From an uncultured Acidobacteriota bacterium (GTDB taxonomy: Bacteria; Acidobacteriota; Thermoanaerobaculia; Gp7-AA8), in assembly GCA_963822445.1 (NCBI GenBank), contig CAWGHO010000002.1:1376001-1440000 (forward strand): DNA of 64,000 nucleotides, in the 5' to 3' direction. Under the pieces are notes generated by a model that was given only the letters and a program-made list of their open reading frames with translations, had not been told where the DNA came from and did not search any database. The position numbers and the translations under genes were made by a program. Shown piece by piece: positions 32,701-40,003 of this stretch (the first letter of the stretch is position 1; the number at the start of each line of letters is the position of its first letter).

Positions 32701-33724
32701 CGCTCACGCTCAGGTCCGTCGGGCGCAGGTCATAAGCGGGATGGATGGCCGCGACCATGTACGCCCCTGGCGGCACGGTCATCGAGAAATTGCCCTTGGC
32801 GTCGGTGAAGGCCGCTGCCGTGGGCGCGCTCGTCATCCGCCCCATGCGCTGGCCGACCTGGATCGCCGCCCCGGGGACGGGCAACTTGGTCTTCGTGTCA
32901 GTCACGCGGCCGGTGAACGTGCCCGCTTTGGCCAGTTTCAGCGAGAGCGACTTCTCATTCGACTGCGCACGCATCGCGGCGAGCGATCCAATCTGCGCGG
33001 TCACCACCGACCATTTCGAAGGCGCGTGCGCGATGGTGAAGGACCCGTCGTCGCCGCTGACGGCCAGCGGCCATCCATCGACCATGACCGGCACTTTCGC
33101 GGCGGGGTTTCCGTCTGTGCCGAGGACTTTGCCGGTGATGGTTGTGCCGGGGGTGAGCGTGCGATTGAGCGCGCTCGCCGCGGCGGTGCTCATGAACATC
33201 TCCTCTTCGATCGCCCAGTCCGGATGAATGACGTTGATGGTCCGGGCGCGCCTCGGATCGGGCGCGTCGTACTTGCCCTGCTCGTCAGTCCTGGCGATGT
33301 ACTCCGCGCCGCCGTAGCTGATGACCACCGTCGCACCGGCGACAGGCTTTCCGCCGCCCTTGATCGTCCCGCTCTTCATCTCCGATTTCACCAGCACCAC
33401 CGCGCCGGTTTCCTCATCGCGCTCGATGCGCCGCTGCAGCGGATCGAATCCATTCGCGTTGATGCGGAGATCGACGACCGGTTCTTTCGGCGATTCGAGC
33501 GACCAGTTGCCGTTCTTGTCGGTCTGCGTCGAAAGGAGCGGCACCGAATGTGGCGAGGCGGACAGCCATCGCGCGCGCCGGGCGTCCGGCGTTTCGACGG
33601 CGTGAACGGAGACGCGCGCGTTCGCGATCGGCGCGCCGTCACTGGTCATGACCGTGCCGGTGATCGCGGCGAAACAGGGAACGGCGAGGAGAGCGAGCAG
33701 AACTGCAGCGGCTGTGCGGTGCAT
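29756..33724 (-). CDS. Large secreted protein of tandem carboxypeptidase-regulatory-like (prealbumin-fold) domains
   Basis: Signal peptide; more than ten repeats of ITG.V....G.P..GA.V....T..DG.F. Confidence 0.88.
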   Translation of the reverse strand: MHRTAAAVLLALLAVPCFAAITGTVMTSDGAPIANARVSVHAVETPDARRARWLSASPHSVPLLSTQTDKNGNWSLESPKEPVVDLRINANGFDPLQRRIERDEETGAVVLVKSEMKSGTIKGGGKPVAGATVVISYGGAEYIARTDEQGKYDAPDPRRARTINVIHPDWAIEEEMFMSTAAASALNRTLTPGTTITGKVLGTDGNPAAKVPVMVDGWPLAVSGDDGSFTIAHAPSKWSVVTAQIGSLAAMRAQSNEKSLSLKLAKAGTFTGRVTDTKTKLPVPGAAIQVGQRMGRMTSAPTAAAFTDAKGNFSMTVPPGAYMVAAIHPAYDLRPTDLSVSAGQTQSRDLPAIPLARVSGTVVNEDRKPVAAATVVAEEAGGSETFSMSPMRMMRDSTAVSGPDGRFSTRVQGDSDMRVRASRRGLPPAKSDTFRIAPGDRKSGIVVTIPSGIAVTGKVTDRDGNPLSGVTVAANEVAGGPRGGMIRNIVMLGGAGAEEDNVKTGTDGLFTLRVKEGTYDFVFRREGFAAKTLRGQSITVTSNAPLEASLEPAVEITGRIVRNGVGVDGVMINTFSEMGSGATTTTGPDGSFVLSGLSPGELRASMRKETDFIQEMRTLTAPGRDVLIELPTGTRVSGRVIDKATRKPLPSFQAGVSVSRGGGGMVMMAPPQLRAFTSDDGTFTLENIPTGAVNLIATAPGYAQARMNLTLEEGKPLTGIEIEVDPGTKLVGKVTGPDGAALSGATVRVAAQSGSGTFSMERKITVTDSNGEYTLDALEPTDTNIEFSHQKYVGTRKEITVKGTEVRLDVQLSAGQRITGVVVTESGAPVPDAEVAAMAGAGAFRTARTDANGTFAFESLSPARYRFSASKRGFAEATVDDVDVSAGAPVRLVMKSGATIYGQVRGLTPDELQSAMVEFRGETFASTSVDSTGNYRLEGAPIGTVRVAGVVSRNFSTRKSSQPQTVTVAAGESRQVDLEFRSDTVITGRVTRNGKPLASANVSFTPRRGASSQTSSSATTDQQGNYSVSGLEAGEYSVFVMDMQRFSPYQTTYDVSGSSTFDIDYNASALRGRVVDAATGDPINDARVRLRATTTDVPFRGEMGAATDVNGNFTIDFVAPGTYTVSADKTGFAQEPKELVITDRQPADLEFRLSKNDGVTLKVVDARNGQAINAFVWVFDQAGRIVQDSGMRFGESPSDIKLTLPPGEYVATVTSMDYAPVTVNLTSPGTQTVGLSRGGKIMLHSTRSDRQRVRLVDARGVVYPRTTNPNPVRDLAASPATLPVDHVAPGSYTIQVLTNNDTTVVRSVPVVVTEGGVIDVDV

Positions 33725-33772
33725 AGTGAAAAGTATGACGCTGCAATGCTCCTCCGGTTCCCGGTGTTCGAG

Positions 33773-33860
33773 GAATGCAGAATGCAGAATGCAGAATGCA
33801 GAAAACCGCCGCGCTCACGGCATAACCCCGTTCTGCATTCTGCATTCTGCATTCTGCATT
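33773..33860. repeat. Inverted heptamer-array hairpin (GAATGCA)4...(TTCTGCA)4
   Basis: Perfect units at 33773-33800 and 33831-33858. Confidence 0.92.
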
Positions 33861-34267
33861 TCCTTCTAATCCTCGGATGCGCCACGGACTCGATCGGAGG
33901 AGATGTGGAAATGCGCTCGCTCACCACCGGCTCGTACGCCGCCGCCCAGCCGGAGCAGCCCCAGGCCATTCAGATCGTCTCTGCCGGCGATTACGCGCGG
34001 ATCTGGGACGAGACCATCGGCAGCGGAGAGCGCCCGCAGGTCGACTTTGCTACGGAGTCGGTGGTCATCCTGCTGGCTGGTGCGAAACCCACCGGCGGCT
34101 GGAGCGTCGAGCCACGGGGCGTGCGCCTCGAAGGCCGCGTACTCGTCGTCGACGCGGTCGTGAACCGCCCGCCGTCCAATGCGATCGTCACCCAGGCCTT
34201 CACCTCGCCTTTCGCCGTGATCGCCGTCAAGACCAAGGCGCTGGACAGCGTCCGCTGGAATCCGTGA
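33782..34267 (+). CDS. Lipoprotein with PrcB C-terminal-like domain
   Basis: GAGGA 7 nt before ATG 33782; FLLILGC lipobox; VDFATESVVILLAGAKPTGGWSV...VTQAFTSPFAVI. Confidence 0.8.
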   Translation: MQNAECRKPPRSRHNPVLHSAFCILHFLLILGCATDSIGGDVEMRSLTTGSYAAAQPEQPQAIQIVSAGDYARIWDETIGSGERPQVDFATESVVILLAGAKPTGGWSVEPRGVRLEGRVLVVDAVVNRPPSNAIVTQAFTSPFAVIAVKTKALDSVRWNP

Positions 34268-35106
34268 GACGCCGCAAGCCGGTCACCGGTGCGCTGCTGA
34301 AGGCGCGGCTCGACACGCTGGTCGAGACCTTCGACGTCACGACCATCGAGCCCGATCCGCTGCAACTCGTCCTGCGCTACGACGATCCGCGCGACCAGGA
34401 AGTGGTGGGTCTGATTGCCGCCGCGTTTGCGTACGGCCGCGCGGACATCATCGTGAAGAACATCGGCGCCGTCCTCGACAAGATGACGCCGTCGCCGTAT
34501 CGCTATCTCCGCACCTTCAACGCGCGCGAAGCAACGAAACGCTTCGCCGGCTTCGCCCACCGCTTCCACAAAGCCCCGGACCTGGTCGCCTTCCTCGGCT
34601 GCATCGCCAAACATGAATCCCTCGGCGCTCTTTTCCAGGAGTGCTACGACGAACGCGATCCCGATATCGGCCCAGCTCTAACTCGCTTTGTCCACCGCCT
34701 ACTGCCTACCGCCAACCGCCTACCAGCCGTGAGCTACTTGCTCACGGCGCCTGAAGACGGTTCCGCCTGCAAACGCATGAACCTCTTCCTCCGCTGGATG
34801 GTCCGCCGCACCCCGCCCGACCTCGGCCTCTGGACCTTCGTCGATCCGGCCAAGCTGGTCATGCCCCTCGACACGCACATCCACCGCATCTCCACCTTCC
34901 TCGGATTGAGCGAGCGGAAAAGCGCGGACTGGAAAGCGGCGCGGGCGATCACCGACCGGCTGGCGGTCTTCGATGCGGCCGATCCGGTGCGCTACGACTT
35001 CGCCCTCTGCCGCCTTGGGATTCTCGATTTGTGCAGCCGGAAGCGCCACAAAGAGAACTGCGATGTCTGTTTGTTGAGAGACGTTTGCCGCTTTCCGGTG
35101 CTTTGA
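34264..35106 (+). CDS. TIGR02757 family (HhH-GPD-like) protein
   Basis: DPLQLV...EVVGLIAAAFAYG, SACKRMNLFLRWMVR, PLDTH, DPVRYDFAL, C-terminal Cys cluster. Confidence 0.9.
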   Translation: MRRRKPVTGALLKARLDTLVETFDVTTIEPDPLQLVLRYDDPRDQEVVGLIAAAFAYGRADIIVKNIGAVLDKMTPSPYRYLRTFNAREATKRFAGFAHRFHKAPDLVAFLGCIAKHESLGALFQECYDERDPDIGPALTRFVHRLLPTANRLPAVSYLLTAPEDGSACKRMNLFLRWMVRRTPPDLGLWTFVDPAKLVMPLDTHIHRISTFLGLSERKSADWKAARAITDRLAVFDAADPVRYDFALCRLGILDLCSRKRHKENCDVCLLRDVCRFPVL

Positions 35107-35130
35107 CGTACAAAAAACCGGGGCGACAAA

Positions 35131-35235
35131 TCCAACCGTTTGGACCGGACAACCCCTCATTCAAAAACCTGTTGCCCCATTCAACGTTATGGATCAACGG
35201 GTTAGCCGAGGTTCAGGCGCGGCACCCGCATTGAA
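35131..35235 (+). promoter_or_regulatory. Candidate sigma54 promoter region (enhancer palindrome, IHF site, -24/-12 variant)
   Basis: TCCAA-CCGT-TTGGA (35131-35144); GATCAACGGGTTA IHF-like (35192-35204); GGCAC-CCGCA-TTGAA (35221-35235). Confidence 0.5.
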
Positions 35236-35252
35236 ACGGATTTGCTCCCCGC

Positions 35253-38015
35253 ATGCGTAAATCGGTCGTGGTGAATGCGTTGATTGCCGTCCTCACGGTC
35301 GGCATCGTCATCGGCGCGTTCGTCTCCTTCCAGCGCAAGCGCTCCTCCTTCGAAAGGATCGACTTCACCTTTCAGCGCCAGGAAGGCTCGATCATCGTCA
35401 AAGGCGTCGACCCCGGAAGCGGTGCCGAGCGCGCCGGTCTGCGCCCCGGCGATCACATCCTGCTGATCGCCGACGCGCCGACGAGTGAGGTCGAGCGCCT
35501 CCAGAAAACGCTCCGTCGCATCGGCAGCACCGTCACGATGGTCGTGAACCGGCCCGGCCGGGGAATGCTCACCGTCAAATACAGCCCACCCGAGCTGAAG
35601 GTCGATTACCCCTACCTCATCCTCAGCTTCATCGGCTTCCTCTACCTGGCCATCGGTCTGTTCACGCTTTTCCGAGGAGAGACGCGGGAGAGCCGGCTGT
35701 TCTTTCTGGTGACCCTGCTTTCCTTCATCGTCTATGTCTACACGCCGGCCGGCGACATCGACTGGAGCTTCAAGCTGCTGCAGTCGATCGAAGACATGGC
35801 CACGATCTTCCTGCCGCCGCTCACGCTGAACTTCTTCCTGCTCTTCCCGCGGCCATTGCTGCGCGAGCGGAAGTGGCTGGCGTGGATGTACATCCCGCCG
35901 GTCCTGCTCGCGCTGTGGAACGTGAACCTGATGGTGTTCAGCAACGCGCTGGCGATCACGTCGGCGCGCCGTTCAATGCTGCTCATTCAGCGCTGGCAAT
36001 ACCTCGACTTCGCAATCTACTTCACGCTGGCCGTGGCCGCGCTCGCGTTCACGTATCGCCAGGCCGCGCCCACCGGCAAGAAGCAGATCAAGTGGATCTA
36101 CCTCGGCCTGGCCCTGGGCGTGATCCCCTTCATCGCCACGTACGTCATCCCGTACATCATTTCCGGCAGCGTGCGGCCCGCGTATGCGACGTTGTCGATC
36201 CTGCCGCTGGCTTTCATCCCACTCGCTTTCGCCGTCTCCATCCTCAAATACAGGCTGTGGGACGTCGAAGTCGTCATCAAGGAAGTGCTGGCCTACACGG
36301 TCACCTTCGTCTTCGGCATGATCGCCTTCTCCACGGTGAACCTGCTGCTCTCGCAGGTCATGGACGAGCGCTCGGGGATGGAGCGGAACTTCCTGGCCTT
36401 CACGTCCGGCCTGCTCATCGCCGGCGTATTGATTCCCGTGAAAGGCAAGATCGAGTCGGTCATCGAGATGATCCTGTACCGCGAGAGCTACCGCCATCGC
36501 CGGACGATGACGGACTTCGCGCAGGAGCTGGCCACCTTCCACGACGTGCACGAGCTCATCGCCATGATGCGCGAGCGGATGCGCACCACGCTGCACATCG
36601 ATCGCATGAACCTCTTCATGCGCGAGGCTACGAACTTCGTGATCTACGACTCCGAGCACGGAATCCCGCGGCGGACGGTCGTCGACGACTTCGGATCGAT
36701 TCCGAAAGAAGGTCCGATCGTCCTTACCGCGCCGCGTCTGCCGGATGAAAGCGAATTGCCGTGGAAGCTGCTCGCGGCCGGCTATCGCTATGTCTTCCCG
36801 TTGCGCAATCGCGGCGAGCTGCAGGGTCTGTTGCTCCTCGGAACGCGCCGCGGGGATGAGCCTCTCTCGCGCGACGATCTGCATCTCATCGGCACGCTCA
36901 CCGCGCCGGTGGCACTGGCCATCGAGAACTCACGCCTGTACGGAAAGCTCCGCCGGCAGCTCGAAGAGATCCGCGCGCTCAAGGAGTACAACGAGAACAT
37001 CATCGAGTCCTCGCTCTCCGCGATCGCGGTCGTCTCCAGCGATGGAACGGTGCTCACCGCCAACAAGGCTTTCTGGGAGCTCGTCGGATCCGATCATTCT
37101 CACGAGTCGATTCACGAGCTCTTCCCGCCCTTCGATGAACTGCGCAGCACGGACGCGCAGGCGCTCTCCACGCACTTCATCAACCAGCAGGGTGTCGAAA
37201 AGGAAGTGACCGTGACTTCGAGTCCGCTCGACGCGACCTCGGTCGGCGGCGAGGTCGCGGACGGCGCGCGCGTGCTGGTCATCGGCGACATCACCGACCG
37301 CTCCCGCCTCGAGCGCGAGCTGCAGGACAAAGAACGTCTGGCTTCCCTCGGCCTGCTCGCCGCCGGCGTCGCGCACGAGGTGAACACGCCGCTCACCGGC
37401 ATCTCCTCGTACGCGCAGCTGTTGCTCGCCGAAACCTCGGAAGACGATCCGAAATACAGGCTGCTCAAGAAAATGGAGCAGCAGACCTTCCGCGCCTCGA
37501 GCCTGGTCAACAACCTCCTGGATCTGATCGCCAACCGGCCCCGTTGCCGGGAGATCGTCGCGCTGCCGGAGCTGATCGAGAAGACCGTGGTGCTGCACGA
37601 GGACCTCCTCAAAGCGAAGCGCATTCAGGTCCACGTCGAGCGCGTCCCCGAACTGCGCGTTCGCGGGAACTTCAACGATCTGCAGCAGGTTCTGACCAAC
37701 GTGCTCATCAATGCCCGCGACGCGGTCGACGAAGGTGGAAACGTCTGGATCTCCGTCGGGGAAGAGAATGAGCGGGTGGTGATTCGCGTGCGCGACGACG
37801 GCAAGGGCATCCCGACGGACATCGTCGGCCGCATCTTCGAGCCGCTGGTGACCACCAAACGGGGCCAGGGCGGTACGGGACTTGGACTCGCCATCAGCCG
37901 CCGGATCATTCACGGCTGCGACGGCGAGATCGAGGTGCAGAGCAAGCCCGGCGAGGGAGCCGAGTTCTCGATTACGTTGCCGCGGATGGACAAGAACGCG
38001 GCCATGCTGGCTTGA
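35253..38015 (+). CDS. Multi-TM sensor histidine kinase (PDZ, TMs, GAF, PAS, HisKA, HATPase)
   Basis: PDZ (VDPGSGAERAGLRPGD), LAAGVAHEVNTPL, NVLINARDA, DDGKGI, GTGLGL. Confidence 0.93.
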   Translation: MRKSVVVNALIAVLTVGIVIGAFVSFQRKRSSFERIDFTFQRQEGSIIVKGVDPGSGAERAGLRPGDHILLIADAPTSEVERLQKTLRRIGSTVTMVVNRPGRGMLTVKYSPPELKVDYPYLILSFIGFLYLAIGLFTLFRGETRESRLFFLVTLLSFIVYVYTPAGDIDWSFKLLQSIEDMATIFLPPLTLNFFLLFPRPLLRERKWLAWMYIPPVLLALWNVNLMVFSNALAITSARRSMLLIQRWQYLDFAIYFTLAVAALAFTYRQAAPTGKKQIKWIYLGLALGVIPFIATYVIPYIISGSVRPAYATLSILPLAFIPLAFAVSILKYRLWDVEVVIKEVLAYTVTFVFGMIAFSTVNLLLSQVMDERSGMERNFLAFTSGLLIAGVLIPVKGKIESVIEMILYRESYRHRRTMTDFAQELATFHDVHELIAMMRERMRTTLHIDRMNLFMREATNFVIYDSEHGIPRRTVVDDFGSIPKEGPIVLTAPRLPDESELPWKLLAAGYRYVFPLRNRGELQGLLLLGTRRGDEPLSRDDLHLIGTLTAPVALAIENSRLYGKLRRQLEEIRALKEYNENIIESSLSAIAVVSSDGTVLTANKAFWELVGSDHSHESIHELFPPFDELRSTDAQALSTHFINQQGVEKEVTVTSSPLDATSVGGEVADGARVLVIGDITDRSRLERELQDKERLASLGLLAAGVAHEVNTPLTGISSYAQLLLAETSEDDPKYRLLKKMEQQTFRASSLVNNLLDLIANRPRCREIVALPELIEKTVVLHEDLLKAKRIQVHVERVPELRVRGNFNDLQQVLTNVLINARDAVDEGGNVWISVGEENERVVIRVRDDGKGIPTDIVGRIFEPLVTTKRGQGGTGLGLAISRRIIHGCDGEIEVQSKPGEGAEFSITLPRMDKNAAMLA

Positions 38016-38017
38016 AC

Positions 38018-39427
38018 ATGCGAATTCTGATCGTTGACGACGAAGAAGTCCTGCGAGACGTGCTGGAGGTCGTGCTGCGTCGCGAAGGGTTCGACATCGT
38101 CTCCGCCGCGAGCGGCGAAGAGGCGCTCAGCGTCCTCGATTCGACCGAGGAAATCGACCTGATGATCCTGGATGTGATGCTGCCCGGGATCAGCGGCATC
38201 GACACGCTGCGCTCGGTTCGCATCTCCAATCCCACGCTCCCGGTCATCGTCATCACCGCCTTCTCGTCGATCGACGGCGCGATCGAGGCGATGAAGCACG
38301 GCGCGTTTCACTACATCCCCAAGCCCTTCAAGAACGAAGAAGTGGTGATGACGGTCAACAAGGCCCTCGAGCAGCGGCGCCTTTCGACCGAGAACGAGCG
38401 CCTCAAGTCCGAGCTCTCCGAGAAGTTCTCCTACGCGAACATCATCGGAAAGAGCGAGACCATGCGGAAGGTCTTCGACCTGATCAAGCTCGCCGCGCCG
38501 TCGCGCTCGAACATGCTGATCATGGGCGAGTCGGGCACGGGCAAAGAGCTCGTGGCCAAGGCCATCCATCACGCCAGCCCGCGCGCGCGCAATGCGTTCG
38601 TGACCGTCAACTCCGGATCGCTGCCGCCGGAACTGCTCGAGTCCTCGCTCTTCGGTCACATGAAGGGAGCCTTCACCGGCGCGATCGCCACGAAGCGCGG
38701 TCTGTTCGAAGTGGCGGACGGCGGATCGATCTTCCTCGACGAGATCGGCAATATCAATCTCGAGACCCAGGCCAAGCTCCTCCGCGTCATCCAGGAAAAA
38801 GAGTTCATGCGCCTCGGCTCGGTGGAGACGATCAAAGTCGACGTGCGGATCATCGCCGCGACGAATGCCGACCTCACGCAGCTGATGGCGGAAAAACGCT
38901 TCCGCGAGGATCTGTTCTACCGCCTCAACGTCATCACCATTCAGCTCCCGCCGCTGCGCCGCAAGCGTGAAGACATCCCGCTGCTGGTCCAGCACTTCCT
39001 GGCGAAGTACTCCGAGGAGAACAAGCGGAAGGTCAAAGAGGTGACGCCCGATGCCATGCGCTTGATCATGGAGCACACCTGGCCGGGCAACGTCCGCGAG
39101 CTGGAGAACACCATCGAGCGCGCGGTCGTCCTCTGCACCGGCGATCGCATCACTCCCGAGCTGCTGCCCGACTACCTGCGCTACCCCGTGCGCACCGACC
39201 AGCCGGCGATGGTCGTTCCCGCCGACGGAATCTCGCTCAAAGATGCGGTCTCGAATTACGAGCGGGCGATGATTCTGCAGTCGCTCGAGCTTGCGAACGG
39301 CGTTCAGAAACGCGCCGCGGAACTGCTCCAGCTCAAGCCCTCGACCCTGAACGAGATGATGAAGCGCCTCGGCATCCACGCCAAGTCGAACGCCACAGTC
39401 GAGGACGAGGTCGCGGTCAACGATTAG
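38018..39427 (+). CDS. NtrC-family sigma54-dependent response regulator
   Basis: REC (ILIVDDE, LDVMLPG), AAA+ [30 protein letters not shown], Fis HTH. Confidence 0.96.
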   Translation: MRILIVDDEEVLRDVLEVVLRREGFDIVSAASGEEALSVLDSTEEIDLMILDVMLPGISGIDTLRSVRISNPTLPVIVITAFSSIDGAIEAMKHGAFHYIPKPFKNEEVVMTVNKALEQRRLSTENERLKSELSEKFSYANIIGKSETMRKVFDLIKLAAPSRSNMLIMGESGTGKELVAKAIHHASPRARNAFVTVNSGSLPPELLESSLFGHMKGAFTGAIATKRGLFEVADGGSIFLDEIGNINLETQAKLLRVIQEKEFMRLGSVETIKVDVRIIAATNADLTQLMAEKRFREDLFYRLNVITIQLPPLRRKREDIPLLVQHFLAKYSEENKRKVKEVTPDAMRLIMEHTWPGNVRELENTIERAVVLCTGDRITPELLPDYLRYPVRTDQPAMVVPADGISLKDAVSNYERAMILQSLELANGVQKRAAELLQLKPSTLNEMMKRLGIHAKSNATVEDEVAVND

Positions 39428-39451
39428 CGGACGCGGGCCGTATCAGTTTCC

Positions 39452-40003
39452 GTGCTCACTCTGCTGCTGGCCACGAGGATCTTCTGCGTCATGTCCGGAA
39501 CGACCACCGACGTGGAGGTCGTTTTCACCGGATCCTTTGTCAATGGTGGATCGATCTGGGCGCTGAATCGCCACGTCGCCATCGCGTCCGGATACCTGGC
39601 GCCGGGCAGCTTGCAAACAACCGTCACGGTGGAAGCGATCAGCGCCGGCGAGACGCCGCTCTACTTCGTTTCCCCGATCTATACGACCGCGGGACCGAAG
39701 TATTACCCCGTCCGCATCGGCGAGATCATCGTCGACGACACCCTGGCTTTGACCGTGACCCCGGCGAACCCCGTCGTTGCCGTGGGAGCTCCGGTGAGGC
39801 TGTTCGCGATCACAGCCGGGTCCAACGTCGCCGTCGCCTGGTACGAAGGCGAGAGATACCTCGGCATCGGCAACTCCATCTCCCCGACGCTCGACCGCGG
39901 CGAGCATCGCATCACCGCCCAGGCCTGGAATCGATGCGGAACCGTGACCAGCGAGGCGCTGGTTTCGGTGGTCAAGCCACGCCAGCGCGCTGTCCGTCAC
40001 TGA
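39452..40003 (+). CDS. Hypothetical secreted Ig-like protein ending in RQRAVRH
   Basis: Short hydrophobic leader, beta-rich repeats, basic C-terminal motif; start uncertain. Confidence 0.6.
   Translation: MLTLLLATRIFCVMSGTTTDVEVVFTGSFVNGGSIWALNRHVAIASGYLAPGSLQTTVTVEAISAGETPLYFVSPIYTTAGPKYYPVRIGEIIVDDTLALTVTPANPVVAVGAPVRLFAITAGSNVAVAWYEGERYLGIGNSISPTLDRGEHRITAQAWNRCGTVTSEALVSVVKPRQRAVRH

Noticed and set aside
31469-33781. 932-aa plus-strand ORF and similar long antisense ORFs (e.g. 1065-2594, 6330-8498, 17536-19812, 59533-62331)
   Set aside because: Shadow frames of real genes in GC-rich DNA; only the 3' end (33782-34267) of this one looks like a real protein.
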